Notes: generated by a model not told the origin, from the letters alone. DNA of 64,000 nt from Eledone cirrhosa (GCA_964016885.1 OZ024747.1:20584001-20648000); one strand, 5' to 3'. Shown: positions 24,437 through 41,294, counted from the stretch's first letter. Program-made: numbers and translations.

Positions 24437-24748
24437 GTGAGGGCAAGTGCCCTCTCCCAGTTTTCCACCTTTAATTTACAGACACATACTCAGAGTAGGC
24501 TCATTTACTCGGGCCATTCTTGCCTCTCTCACCCATCTTTCAACAAAATGCTGGGAAGAGAGCACTTCCCTTTCTACCCTGATTTTCCTTTTCAAATGAA
24601 ATTTGAAAAAGTTAATCAGGGCATCACCGAAGAATTAAGTGCTCGTCTTCAGCCCTTTCAAACGTGTCCACCATACTATCTCTTTCGCCATGGCCACCAG
24701 ACAGATAAAAACTGCCTGCCCTTCCCGGCTAAAGGAAGAGGGCGGGGC
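24437..24748 (-). mobile_element. Decayed Tx1-like 3' fragment
   Basis: AVFICLVAMAKEIVWWTRLKGL matches AVFLCVIAMAKEVVWWTRLKGL of ORF 5823..6404. Confidence 0.8.
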
Positions 24749-24763
24749 AATAATAATAATAAC

Positions 24764-24835
<72 letters not shown>

Positions 24836-25009
24836 AAGAAGAAGAAGAAGAAGAAGAAGAAGAAGAAGAAGAAGAAGAAGACGACGACGACGACGACGAC
24901 GACAACGACGACGAAGAAGAAGAAGAAGAAGAAGAAGAAGAAGAAGAAGAAGAAGAAGAAGAAGAAGAAGAAGAAGAAGAAGAAGAAGAAGAAGAAGAAG
25001 AAGAAGAAG
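24749..25009. repeat. Compound (AAT)n(AAG)n(ACG)n(AAG)n microsatellite
   Basis: Direct reading. Confidence 0.97.
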
Positions 25010-26264
25010 GCAATCGTATAGTTGGAACATTTTAGTAGATTCATCATAATTCAGAAATACAGCGCAAAGAACTGAATTAAACACTAAAGAATATATTTTT
25101 TCTTTCCCTTTTATCATGGCTGAAGTAGAGTATAAGTTAAAGGAAAATAGAAAAATAGGAAAATATACAAAATAATAATAATAATAAAATGCAGAACATT
25201 CTAAATGCATGGTAAAAATGCTTGAGTAGAAAAAATCTTTTTTCAAAAAATTAAATTGTTATAGAAATAAAAATTACTCTGGATATGAATATAGAAAATT
25301 GAAGCTAAAGATCTGCTGAGGAAAGAACATGCACAGTAACTGGTTGCTAAGTTTACTTAACACAAACTGTCGGTGGGTTGGTAGTAATAATAGATCGTTG
25401 GATGAATTGCTTTACGATGTAATCGACTTTCTCCTTCCACCCCCACAGATTGTTGGTCTTATGCCTAAATTAGAATTCAAGACTATTTAACAGAATTAAA
25501 TATTAGACATGCCTGCAAGCCATGGGAAAATGAAATTATATGAAAATTGCTCAACGTATTTCACGTATTTGTATATGGTGGCAGACATATTTCTCTTGCT
25601 GTATGTTAATGGATGGCAGACTAGAAGAGGTGTGAGCCAAGATAGGATGAAATAGACCTGTTGGCATAGGCACTATGATTTTGAAGAAGCCCATTCCTCT
25701 TAAGTTCTTTATTCTGTGCAGTTACTTGTATGTACATCATTTTTACACGTATATATCTGTTAGAGACGCAGTGACTAACAACAGAATGTTTTAAGTCTGC
25801 GTGTCTGTGACATACATGCGTAGCTTGTGAATAAAAAATTCAAAGGGTATCGCTGGCCGTGATGATGCCTCCCAAACATCTTTTGTAATGTATCGTCTTA
25901 TTGGCTAATGTCACCGCCTTATTGGCTAATCAACCAACGAGAGTAATTGTTGCTCAAAAGCATCTTTGTTTCCACACGTTTATTTATCGTTTCGCTTTCG
26001 AATCTTCCTCCAGTATTTCGTCGTTTATCATCAAAATATTTTTCTCGTTTTGGTAAGTTATATTGTTAATTTATATATGATTTTTTAAATTTATATTAAC
26101 TATTAAAAGTCTGAAAATATTTTTATACATCTTACAATAATATTTATAAGATCATTTATAAAATAACAATTATATAATCTAATTACCTTACAACGATAAT
26201 TTATTATTAATATATATCATGTTTAACTAGAGTTATTACAAGCGTTGACTTTAAAAAATATTAA

Positions 26265-26469
26265 ACTAGACCTGAAAAATGCGCAAGCTCAAAAGAGCCA
26301 CAGAATGTTATAATAAACCTTCAAAAGTGTGGGACTAGAGTTGTTGCTCAAAAATATTGTAATCATTATCTATCGTACGTTTTTGAGCAACAACTCTAGT
26401 CCCACACTTTTGAAGGTTTATTATAACAAACTGTGGCTCGTTTGAGCTTGCGCATTTTTCAGGTCTAGT
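26265..26469. mobile_element. Palindromic MITE-like element, ~90-bp arms, CTAG at both ends
   Basis: ACTAGACCTGAAAAATGCGCAAGCTCAAA...GTTGCTCAAAAA / TTTTTGAGCAAC...TTTGAGCTTGCGCATTTTTCAGGTCTAGT. Confidence 0.75.
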
Positions 26470-26487
26470 ATATATATATATATATAT

Positions 26488-26568
<81 letters not shown>

Positions 26569-26629
26569 TATATATATATATAGGTATATATATATATAGG
26601 TATATATATATAGGTATATATATATATAT

Positions 26630-26715
<86 letters not shown>

Positions 26716-27255
26716 AATCAGGAAAGAAGGTTGACATGGTTTGCTATACAAAAAAGGTTTTTAATCTCATAGCTGACAATTGTTTCTCTGAACTGGTAGG
26801 TCTAGAGATCGCTATTCGCTTATTTTCACGTTACTCGATCTCCAATACAAAATTATAACCAGTCAGATCTTCGGAGCAAGCGAGAATGAAGAGAATACAC
26901 AGGCAAGAAAAGAATATACAGGCTACTATATGAAGTAGTAATGGCATTCAATTAGAACAATAACAACAATTACAACAATGCTATTTATAAATTATTTGAG
27001 GAGACCCTGACATTACTTAGGTGGGGGGCATGATGTATCTAACATTACGGCGTGTAAAACTAGCTGTCATGAGGCAAAAGTAAGAGTTTGGCATGTACAG
27101 AGTATCGAAGTGTGTATCAATTTTAAATTATAAAGATAAGCCAGTGTTTACAGTCTTTCTTTTCATCTTCAATAGCATACATGAGTGGGACAACACTGTC
27201 AAAGCTAAATAGTTGTTGAGTTAATACAGAGGTTAACGAAGTAATATACGCATAT

Positions 27256-27383
<128 letters not shown>

Positions 27384-27679
27384 GTACCTCATACAAAAAA
27401 AACTCAAGTAATAAACTTAGTATTTGGTTGTCAAGTATGAAATTTGTAGATATCTGTAGGGAAAAGAACAAATGTCTACAAACTTCATACTGGATGACCC
27501 AATAATTTAGTACCGTCATTGTTGTTTTGTCTAAGATTATCCATCAGGCAAAACTCGTTTCAGCAATGATCATCCTTCATTTTTGTCTACAGTTGTAGAA
27601 TATCGTAGATTACATCATCCAACGGTTTCATTCATTTAAAAAACTGCTATTTTTAGCAGGTCGAGCAATTCAATTCAGA

Positions 27680-27897
27680 TAGACTGGCAGTATCGGTCGA
27701 GCGTCGGACAATATGCTTTATGGCAGAGGGTTACACCCCTTTACTACCTGAGTTCAAATTCCGCTGAGGCTTGCTTTACCTCTCATCCTTATGGGAGTAT
27801 ATAAAATAAAGCACCAGTGATTTACTGGGGTCCATTTAATCGACTTCCCCCTCTCCCAAAATTGTTGGCCTTGTACCTATAGTAGAAACAATTATCA
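27680..27897 (+). mobile_element. Family A SINE
   Basis: CTGGCAGTATCGGT...GAGTTCAAATTCCGC...GGCCTTGTACCTATAGTAGAAACAATTAT. Confidence 0.8.
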
Positions 27898-27950
27898 GAT
27901 GGAACCTTGCACGAAAATGGCAAAATATTAATTCTAGTTGATCCATTTTT

Positions 27951-28140
27951 GGAAGGCGTGTGGCTGAGTTGTTAGAGAATTTGATTCGCAATCGTAAGGT
28001 TGTGAGTTCGATTCCCAGCAAGACACTTTATTTCGCGTTGCTCCTTCTACCTGGAGTTGCGACCGATAGATAGTATTAGCAATTGGAAAGACCAACGGAA
28101 ACATTGTTCCCTCGGTTCGATTTGACGAAAGTCGATCGTT
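27951..28140 (+). mobile_element. tRNA-derived SINE, family B (OR-like)
   Basis: TGGCTGAGTTG (A box), GAGTTCGATTCC (B box), AGCAAGACACTTTATTTC core; homologous to 33899-34110 and 61657-61870. Confidence 0.85.
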
Positions 28141-29053
28141 CTTTAAAGATCCATTTATTTTTTTTTTTTTTTTTTTTTATTCCTAATATTGGCAGTGGAT
28201 TGTTTCTCTAATGTTGATCCTTGAGTGGTGTTAGAACGATAGGTTTCTACATCTAACCAGTTAGGTTTGTAGGACTGAAACGTGTTTCACATAGGTAAAA
28301 CGTTGTTTCAATATACTCTAAGTTGATTCCATCAATTATATCCGTTGTTCATCATGTGAGAGGATTACCATAAGGGAATAATAAATCTATATTCTCTTCA
28401 TTTACAACATTTAATATCGTTTCAAGTATTAGAGAAAATTACGTTACTGAAGTTTAAATAAGTGTCGCGCTGTTTTCTAGATCCAAAGCTGTGAAGTCTT
28501 ATCTAAAACTAGGTAAACAAGACTCAATAATATATATGCATATATGTATATATATATATACATATATATGTATATATATATATATATATAATATTATTAT
28601 TATATATATATATATTAATATATATATTTGTGTGTGTGTGTGTATATATGTGTGTATATATATATATATGAGTTTATGAGTTTAAATCATAGGAGTTGGT
28701 GAAAGCTAATGGCACCAATGTTCTATTTACCTATCGTTTACTTTCTCATCAAACATTTTTTTCAGTATTCATGTATTAAAATTGTATTATATGTATTCAC
28801 ACTTATCTCTATATTTATGTTATTTCTCAAATAACATTTAATCAAAAATATTTCGCAAGAAAGTGCAAGCTAAGGACATTAAAATGTTCATTGGTTCCTT
28901 AAAGTAATTATTTGATATTTCGTGTACAACTATTTGTTCACCTTATTACTTGTAAGGTTTATCTTTCTTAATCAGTTGTAAATGATATTTCAAAATTATT
29001 TTTGAGAAGCCATTAGTGAAAATATATTAATGCAATTTTCGATCATATATGTA

Positions 29054-29098
<45 letters not shown>

Positions 29099-29139
29099 GT
29101 CTATATACATATATATATACATACATATGTTTTATATAC

Positions 29140-29265
<126 letters not shown>

Positions 29266-29573
29266 TTAATACAATAACAGAGATAGCTTTAAGCTAAACT
29301 CTGACTGGCTACCATCTCACTCAACAAACATTAGGATATACTTTAGTATAATCCCAATTTTGTGTTTGGGGTGCTAACTATATGTATTTTGTGGAAAGCC
29401 AGTTGTATTATTTTATATGAGATATAATTAAAATTAAAATATATCTCTCTTTCCAAACAATTGTTTCATTATAAGTTTTCTACAAGTTGGGAGAATGTAT
29501 CCGGTTTATGTAGAAGCCTACATAATTTTCTGTAAGAACAAATGTAGGTGGGCACTTACATATATATATATAT

Positions 29574-29639
<66 letters not shown>

Positions 29640-29643
<4 letters not shown>

Positions 29644-30869
29644 TTATTAAAATAACAGATTAAAGTTTAAGCAAAGAATCGCTGCTTTCACCCTTAACGG
29701 GATCTTCTGAAACTAACAAAGTCAATCTGTGAACGCAGAAGTTCATATTTCAAAAAACGTTGCAACCGGAGGAAGACAGGAATACGATACTTTGGTTCGT
29801 GGAAACGTTCCCTGGCAAAGAACGGGAAAAAACGAATATAATACGTCATATGTGGAGCGTGGAGAACAATTGCACGCAAAGACAAAACCACGTAAATGGT
29901 ATAGCTGAAGTCGTAGACTAAAATTCTAACTAGGAGACCGAATGAATCTCCGCTTCAGAGTATAGAACAAAGTAAATACAATACAGAGGTAATAGAAATT
30001 AAATAAATACATACACACATACAAATACGTACATACACAAGCATACGCGAAAACACTTACCATAGGTATACAAAACCACGTACATATAAATACATGTGTG
30101 TGTGTATGTGTGTATACAAATAAATAAATAATTAAATAAACGTATATAAATAAATAAATACGTATATAACAAGCGCACACACATACCTACATGTAAATAC
30201 ACAAATGTTCGGAGACGTAAGTCAACCAAAACATGAAGTACACATATACACACACCCTACATACGTACGAACCTGCATACTCACACAGACGAAAAACACC
30301 CGTATACACATAACCAAACCATATGTACCAGAAAATATAAAATTATACGCCATAACATATACAATCAAATATACGTACAAGAAGGTATACGTACCTTCAC
30401 AAAACATACAGGTAATATATACTTACCTATGCAAATAAGTAATGGTATAAACAAAACATATACTTAGCTACCACATCAAGACGTAAAATATCCACGTATA
30501 GATCGTACTATCCGTTAGGGTATAACGTGGGGCTGTAATACAGGAAAGTTTTGTGCAATTTATGTTTACAAGCCGAAATTGCCTCAGACTTTTTGTTTAA
30601 GATGTGGTCTGTGGCGTAGAGTATTTCCAGGGCCTCAGCGGCGCAGAGGTCACATGGTCTTTTATTACCGTTATACGATCTAGCCCTAGCTAGGATCACC
30701 CAGTGTAACTTATGTTGGGTGTGGTTGTCTTTTAGACTCCAGATATAAGCTGAATCTGATGTCATATTCCTTGTTAGAGGGTAACGAAAAGAATGGGTAT
30801 GCATGTAAAGACGCTGCTTGAATCTATGTAGGCCCTACGGGACGTGGGTATTTCAACCTTACATTTGTA

Positions 30870-30878
<9 letters not shown>
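29640..30878 (-). mobile_element. Penelope-like element 3' part (GIY-YIG C-terminus, Naiad-like) plus 3' UTR/pLTR
   Basis: VYKCKV...YID...HTHSFR...SAYIWSLK...WVILARARSY...CDLCAAE...LNKKSEAISACKH; 3' end abuts (TA)n at ~29640. Confidence 0.85.
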
Positions 30879-32975
<2,097 letters not shown>

Positions 32976-33381
32976 TTAACCAAGATGATATTTACCAAAA
33001 AGAAGAACAAGTCGACATCATTGGATACCATCAGGGTTGTAGGTGTTATATCATAGTTTTCCTTCTCCTAGAATTCTGCCTTGACAAAGGCTAAGGGGTC
33101 ATCTCTCCCGGTGATTTTGGCTTTGTGCAGTGCCTTTGCTCACTATAAAAACTTCACGGCACAGGCATTGCTTTATATCTGGAGATCTCTCTGCACTTGT
33201 CATCACATGGTACCTTGGGCGCAGCACTATGTGTCAATAATTGTCACAAGTGTAGTGTTTGTACCAGAGTTTTCAAGTCGCTGGCTGGACTAAAAAGTCA
33301 CACTCATTCAGCGCATCGGTAGGAGTTCTCCTACATGGATATAAAGTAGTGGCCGTACTCGAAAATGGTTGGCAGCCACCA

Positions 33382-33384
<3 letters not shown>
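32976..33384 (+). mobile_element. Short RTE-derived element in (TA)n
   Basis: 3' part encodes [22 protein letters not shown] (C2H2-like RTE C-terminus); TAGTTTTCCTTCTCCTAG resembles RTE 5' UTR motifs (from memory). Confidence 0.5.
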
Positions 33385-33455
<71 letters not shown>

Positions 33456-33764
33456 GCATATATATATACAATATGCATTTTTTCTTCTAACTTTAATTTT
33501 ATACCTAATTGTGTATGGTTGACGGTATATTTAATCGATTTCCACGTGCTATTGAAATGTTGGGTAAATATTCTATAGCGGTTGATAGCGAATAATTTGG
33601 TGTCGTTTATTTATCTACTATTTCTTCATAGGTGCCTTTTAATCTTATAGCCTGGTTTAATTGATTTTTTGTGTGGTTGATTATGCTAATTGGGAGAGGA
33701 AATGGTGTATATATATTATCAAATGATTCTATGGACATACTTTATAGTATATACACACACATAT

Positions 33765-34155
<391 letters not shown>

Positions 34156-34699
34156 CATTATGAAGAGAGAAGAAACATTAGATATAATTAGTAATAAGAT
34201 ATATTATACACAAACTGCTTCTATATACATATATATACTGCTTCCATATTGTTTATATATATATATATATATATGGTTCATCCTGTGTGTATGTTTCTGT
34301 GTTTATATTATTATGTATGATGTAGATATGTATTAATCTATCTACCGAACGGAGATTGTTGTGTGATGTCAGAAATTGTTGTGTGATGTCAGAAATACAT
34401 GAAACTAGAAGATATTTTATAATGCCAGTTTTTCCTGGGGACCAATTATGTAGGAACAGTTTTGCTGTAATTTCTAGATATTTAAAGATAAAGGATATTA
34501 AAACACATAATGTGTGTATAGTAATTTACGTGGGCGAAAAAAGGAGGATAAATAAATTCATGTAGCGTATGAAATGTAAAGTTTGAGTATGAGGGGGAAT
34601 AAGAGGGGAGTGTGATGAAGTGTAATGGAGACAGAAAGCAACAAAAAATATATTAAAGAAATTTAAGGAATAAGATGACAAAAAACACGTTTTATTCTG

Positions 34700-37600
34700 A
34701 CGGTTATATTTTTAGAATGAATATTTTACCTCAGCCATCACACTTCATTAGAACTTTCAGTCTTGTTCCGAGATGGATTTGGATAATCATTCCTTCGAAA
34801 ATTGTACCGTACATTGACGACGAACAGATAACGTTTTACGATTATTATATAAACAATTTTTATTCGTGTGCTGCTTCGGTATGTTGCGTATAAATAAAAG
34901 GCTTTCTTCATGCATTTTGTGCATCCTTCTCAATCATTCACAGGTTAGCTAATATTATCAGGAACATTTCTATTTTCAGTCTCCAATTTCTGCGAGTCAC
35001 CAATTATTGCGAGACGTTTCTATTTGAATAAATTATCTGTATCATTACGTCATTTAAAGATACTATAACGTGTATTGGAACTGATACTTTGGTTAGGACG
35101 ACGCCCTTTTTCTGCGTTGCCATGGGCAATAATATTTAAGAATTTGCTCTGTTGACTGACATTGTTGTAATTTTACCCTTTTCTGAAACATTTTCTTGTG
35201 TATGATTATACTATCGCTATTTTAGTGGTATTTCACAGTGCTTGTCTAATTTTCAATGTTTGTAAACCACAATGATGTCATGTTTGTAGATACATTTCTG
35301 GGTAGCCAGAAAAAATGTGGTTTGTTGTTCGTGCAAAATTTCCACATATCTTGATTCTTTAGATGCTACAACCAACAATGCTAATCGTTTTAATTTAATT
35401 TATTTATCTAACAATATTTATGTTCTTAATTTCTTTTTCCTCAAGGTTGCGTCTGTGTATTTTTCTAATACGAATCTCATATCAGTTCATTTGAACATCT
35501 GTATATCGTCTGTAGCAATGTGTGTATATCATTTGCAGCGTGCAAAGTGTGATTATTCAATATGTATAAAATTCTTGCTTGTCTCATCGTAGTATTTTTA
35601 TCTTGAGCCAGACTGCTTTAACATGCTCGTTACACATTTTAGTATCAGGAAGATTGGGAGTGAAGAGAATCTTCTCCTCAAATAGAAATGGGAATGGTGT
35701 GTTTTATAATTTACAATTTTATCTGAATCTACAGAATTGGTTTAAGCATATGTGAAGGCAAGTGACTTAGAGGTTAGGAATTGGTTCATTTATTGGAACT
35801 TCCCTGGAATTGTATTTTTCTGTGAATATTGGACAGGTATTTATATTTTCTTTTTTGTTAGGTGTAGGCCCGAAGGTATATATTTAATGTCAATGTGTAT
35901 TTGCTAGATATTTCAATGGTACAGTCTATGGCATTCATCGTCATTTTGAATTTTACGTTTATTTCGTTATGAGGTTTTGTTTATTTCCAAGGGGCTTTGT
36001 ATAACTGTTTTGCCTGCTCATTTATTATCTGTGGTTGTCTTTTTGTGTTACGTTCTTTATATTTTTTGTGTGAAATTTTTTGTTTGTGTGTTGGGTTTTA
36101 TTGAGATGATTTTATTGCTTTCTGCTAGGCTATGTTTTTATGAATAGTCGGTTGTTTAGTATATTTTCAATACGCCTTCTTTCTATAAGTTGTTCTATTT
36201 CAATTCGGGGCATATTGTTAATGTTTATTATAAATCGCACACATGTGTTCGCATTTATATAATGCTTTTGTTTTTCCCTTAACTCATATATCTCTTTATA
36301 TTCTTCGTGCGTAATGGATTTAGTGTTTATGTGTAATAGAAATGTAACTTACATGTAATGCTCATTGCTTGAATATTCACTTTAAATTATTTAGTTTATA
36401 TTTTTGATGTTATTTTCATATGGCGATCATAATAATCACATGGTACAAAATCAGTAGTACATCCTGTTTCGGATATATCCCTAATACCTTGTGTTGGCAA
36501 AAACGTCTGTATGTAAACGCCTTTTATTTAATATCGCGCCATTGCTACTGTTATATTTATGTATAGAAAAGTGGGTTGATGGTAGGCAATATTAGTAGAG
36601 CGTAAAAAGTTATTGTGGTATTTGTTCTGGCCCTTACAATCCGCGTTCAAATCCCGCAGTGGTCAACTTTACCTTTCATCCTTGATAGAATAATATACCA
36701 GCCAAATACTGATATGTAATGTAATCATTTTTTCCCTTCTCCAAAATTTACTGGCTTTGTGCCAGAATCAGTAATCTCTATGAAGATAATTAATTTGTTT
36801 TTAAATAACGTAGATATCATTTCAAGCTTCTTTTCTTTTCTTTCGACTCAAATGTTCGTTTGTTCCCTATATTTGTGTGAATATATCTTATCTAAACAAT
36901 ATACTTTGTGCTTGTTAATCACAGATAATACGGATAAGTATAAGTTGTAATTACTGAAATTATATCGTTTTGTTTGTATTTAGAGATTCTTTCATCTCTA
37001 TTTTTTCTTTTTCCAATATGTTTCATTTTATCTTTATTTTCCAGTAAACTTTACGATAATCTTATTTGTACTCCGTATATTCACTGCAATATCAAGCACT
37101 GCTTGACAAGCAAACATCTGTGTATTTATTTTTATGGAGTTTTTATTCTGTTTTCCGTCCCCTCATCTGGTTACCTCAATTTCTAAATCTTTATATTTCG
37201 AAAGTTTTTCCATTTTCTTTAGATAAGTTGGAACATACTTTTCGATTAGTAGATCTTTATTTCCGGGCTGCCTACATAGAAGCATCCTGTCAATTAGGCT
37301 TGATATCCCGGTGTGAAGTGGTATATTCCAGAATGGGAATGTAATTGCTCAGTGCAGACAATCCCCAGCTATATCATATCAGTAGATATGTTTTTCATGC
37401 CTAAGACAATATAATAAATAGTTTGTTCCCACACTCCGTACCTAATACTTTCTGGCCCATTGCATGTTTTATGGTTACTGGTGAGAGGAGCACTATAAAG
37501 AATACTGCAGCTTCAGTATTGGTTCCTGCTTCACGTAGACAAGTGTTCTTTTTTATTGTGTTTTCCCGTGTCTATTTTCATCAGTATTTTCATGCATTCG

Positions 37601-37830
37601 CTATGTAGATGGTTTTCTTGTTACGTTTTGGCATGGCATTCTGTATCCTCATTTTTAGCTTAAGTTTTAATATTTACACAATTTCTTTCTCCTTGGCCTC
37701 TCTATCGTTTCAATCGTTTTTGTTTCCTCTATTTGGCGAGAGTTCCTTGGAGACAGGGGTATTTTGTTGGGGTTTTTTCGTGTCTTCTAGCACTGTTCAA
37801 GATAAATATATTTCTAACGGCGATTGACTG
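34700..37830 (-). mobile_element. Possible very old CR1/L2-like LINE remnant
   Basis: T-rich strand bias over 3 kb and faint RT/APE-like traces only; no intact motif. Interrupted by a SINE at 36575-36770. Confidence 0.3.
36575..36770 (+). mobile_element. Family A SINE (old)
   Basis: GTTCAAATCCCGCAGTGGTCAACTTTACCTTTCATCCTT core. Confidence 0.7.
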
Positions 37831-37860
37831 GTAAAGTTTAAATACGAATACAAAATAACT

Positions 37861-37964
37861 AGAAACATTCAACCAATACACAATACAAATACAGAATACG
37901 AATACAAAATAACTATTTTGTATCCGTATTCTGTATTTGTATCGTGTATTGGTTTACTGTTTCT
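37861..37964. repeat. Imperfect palindrome, ~50-bp arms
   Basis: AACCAATACACAATACAAATACAGAATACGAATACAAAATA / TATTTTGTATCCGTATTCTGTATTTGTATCGTGTATTGGTT. Confidence 0.8.
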
Positions 37965-38889
37965 TTACCTTTTCCCAAAGTCTTAATTCATTTAGTGTCT
38001 AACTAAGAATATTATAACTATAAATTATTACCGAGACACACCGGGATACACGCTACATACTATACTCGTTTTGCATTTAGCTCTACTTTAAGTATTGATC
38101 TAATGCATTACACTGTCTGCTTCATTAATTTCTAAATGTTTGTGTGTGTTTGATTTAAGTCTCTTATCTATGAGCATTTATATAGAATGTTTTTGTGTTC
38201 TTAATTAATCTTCCTATCTTCAAGGTTATCTTGGCGCATTTCTATAATCCCAATTTCCTATCAATTTCTCTAGTAAATCCATAAAATCTCTACATCAAAG
38301 TTTCCCGCTTATTTTCCGAGACAAGCACAATCAGTTTGAGAGATTCTATTACTTCGTTAGGTGTCTAAAACAAATTTTTTAATTACACAGGTAAAAATTA
38401 GCATCAAGTGAAAATAATCCCTAAATTTGAATATGCAGACTTGGCAAAAGTATAGTCCAAAAACAGGTGAATGCATTGTCACTAAAAGAGCTGCATCTCA
38501 ATTCCTGAAAGGTATATTAAGAAATATTATCACCCGATGCCGTACAAAATGTGAGGGATTTTCTCTGCCTTCATCAGCTGAATTTAAGAACATTCCTGTT
38601 AATTTCTTGGTTAATATATTAAGTATAGAATAGGGTAAAATCTATGGGACCGACTGCTTGATTTTTGTGAGCAAGAATGAAGCAGAGATGAGCAAAGATA
38701 AATTGCGAATCATCCACCTAATAAAATTGTACCCGAGTACACTGGTCAGCGAACAGAAGGGTAAGAGGCAGAGCCATACCAACTGACATTAATCCTTCGG
38801 TAACGGTCATTTTAGGGAATACTGGCAAGAAAATAGCAGCAGGGTAGTGAAAAATAACCGGGAGGTGGGGGAGGGGGGTATTCGTTCGG

Positions 38890-39257
38890 AATCTTTATAT
38901 TCTAAGGTTCAAATTTCGCCAGTATCAAATTTAGTATTTATCCTTAGGGTTTGATAGATTAAAGTACTTGTCAAACAATAAGCAGATTTAATTAACTCTG
39001 CTCTTTCCTAAAAATTAGCTTGTTTGGTGCCTGAATGATAAATCGCTATTTTCAGAGGTTGGGTTGGCAATGTCAGTAAAGCATCAGACAAAAATGCTTT
39101 GCGGCATTTAGTTACGAATTTCTATGTTGTTCGTTCAAGTCTTACTGAGGTCAACTTTGCCTTTCATCATTCTAGGGTTAGTAAAATAAAGCCCCAATGA
39201 AGTACGGGGGACAGATATAATTACTGGCCTTGTCCCAAAGTTAGAAAGATTTATTAT
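38890..39257 (+). mobile_element. Two adjacent old family A SINEs
   Basis: GGTTCAAATTTCGCC... and GAGGTCAACTTTGCCTTTCATC... cores. Confidence 0.65.
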
Positions 39258-41263
39258 TTGTGAGAGTCGAACATGTTTCGTTTGAGTTACATATCATAGA
39301 TTATTACCAGGTGAAGCTATCAGTATAAGGTTTTTTCCTTTAATAATCAGAACAGCTAAATAGAAATGTATGAATTCTTTACATTAATTCTTCCCGTTTA
39401 AGTTAAAAAAGATTTTAATTTGCGAATATTTTTTATCGTTTCTACTTCACGTACGCAAACAAAATAGCAGGAGCTTTCAGAAGCGCCCACACAAAAAATT
39501 CGAACGAAAACAAATTTTGTTTTACACACAGTAGATAGAAAAAAATAATACGTATTTAATTCTTTAATATATTATATTTATTTCACAAGAAACAATTAAT
39601 GATTTTCTGATTGAAAATAACATAATTTTAGAAATTTTAAACGACTTATATTATATTACCAACAACTGCGGCAATAACACACCCACGCGTATTTCGCTAA
39701 GCAAAAAAATAAATGGAAAATATTAATTGAAAAGGAAGGAAAGCATTTCTAACCGTTGTTTTTTCGCCAAGGCTATCTCTAGCAGACGAAATGGCATTGT
39801 CGATAGAACTTCAGAGAGAATGCTTGTGCCGCTCAGTGCATTCTGAGCTCAAAACCCACTGCGTTAAACTTTGCCTTTTCAACTTTCGGGGTCGATTCTC
39901 CCCCTTTCTATCGCTCTCTACGTCTATCTCCCTCCACATTTATCTTTCTTTCTCTCTCTCTCTCTCTCTCTCTCCTTCTCTATTTATAATGCATAAGACA
40001 CGCTGTATGGTAGTACACCAGCTGTAGTTACGAGTCTATACTACAGAAATTGAACCCTATAGAGAGGAAGCCCAGTTGTTTTGTGTCAGCAAAATTTAGT
40101 TAAAAGCATTCTACCTCGAGCAATTTAGAAAATAAAAACGACAGCAAGAAATACAAGACTGTCATTCAAAACGCTCAACCAATCAAACTTATGGTTTTGG
40201 TGGGGTGTAGTGGAGGATCGTATTCTACTTGTTCCCGAAAGCTGTAAAATAAATCAAAACAGTCCTTTCCTCGGTCATAACCAGCGGCGATAGCAAAGGA
40301 AGGTGTAAACATGATAAAATTAAACCTCGTTCACTCCGACTCCGCAAGAGGTCAGATAGACCGTCTCTTCTTCGTTTCCAGAGCAAGAGTCTCTTTTCCC
40401 AAAGCTAACTGCAATACCTCAATAAATTGCGACAATGGAAACGCAATGGGGCTTAGAGAAAAATATGAACATTTCCGGAAAGAAAGGAGGTAAATAAAAA
40501 GCTAGCACGAATGCGTGTAAAATGCAATCAAATGAGAACGACAAAGACGAAGATAACATAAAATTTATTGTCCTTAGAAAATGAAACAATCCCCGCTCAT
40601 AAATATAATGAAAATGGTGTGCTGTAATGGATATTACAGAAACAACACATTTATCGATGACGAAATATACCCACGATATAGGAATACATCTAGCGACAAG
40701 CATTTTCTGTTAAAAACAATCCCTGATGGAATGATCCATAAATGATTAAATAGACTGGTTGTAAAGGATGACGAAAGGAATAGAGTAAGAGAGATACAGA
40801 GAGAGAAAGAGAAAAAGAGAAAGAGGGAGAAAATAAAATAGAGAGAGTTAAAACGATAGATAATTGAAATTTAGAGAAGATGGATTAACCCTTTAGTATT
40901 TACATTACTTTAGATATACTATTGTATTTTCACAGAAAATACAATAGGCTTTATCTCAAGTAATTATTTCACATTATATGGAATCTATGAGATTTTGATA
41001 TTATTTATTTTGAGAACAATACCTTAACATCGGTATGAGCGGCAGGTTATGACCGGTTTGAAACGAAAGGAGAGAAATAAAAGTTTGACATAAAAATTGA
41101 AACAGAAAATGTTTCTGCACATCTGTCTAGGAACATTTGCTTTATAGTTGCTTAATTAATGAGTAACACTGGGTGCATGAGATTCAAGTAAAGATTCACA
41201 TGCCACACGCACATACACAGATATATATATATGCACACATGTTTGAGTGTGTGAATGTGTGAG

Positions 41264-41292
<29 letters not shown>

Positions 41293-41294
<2 letters not shown>

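Noticed and set aside
30508-30804. Selenocysteine (UGA) recoding as reported for some Naiad PLEs
   Set aside because: The conserved Cys positions here (CDLC, CKH) are ordinary Cys codons; no in-frame UGA at those sites.
40250-40500. Possible host exon in a CpG-richer unique stretch
   Set aside because: No recognisable protein similarity or consistent splice pair.
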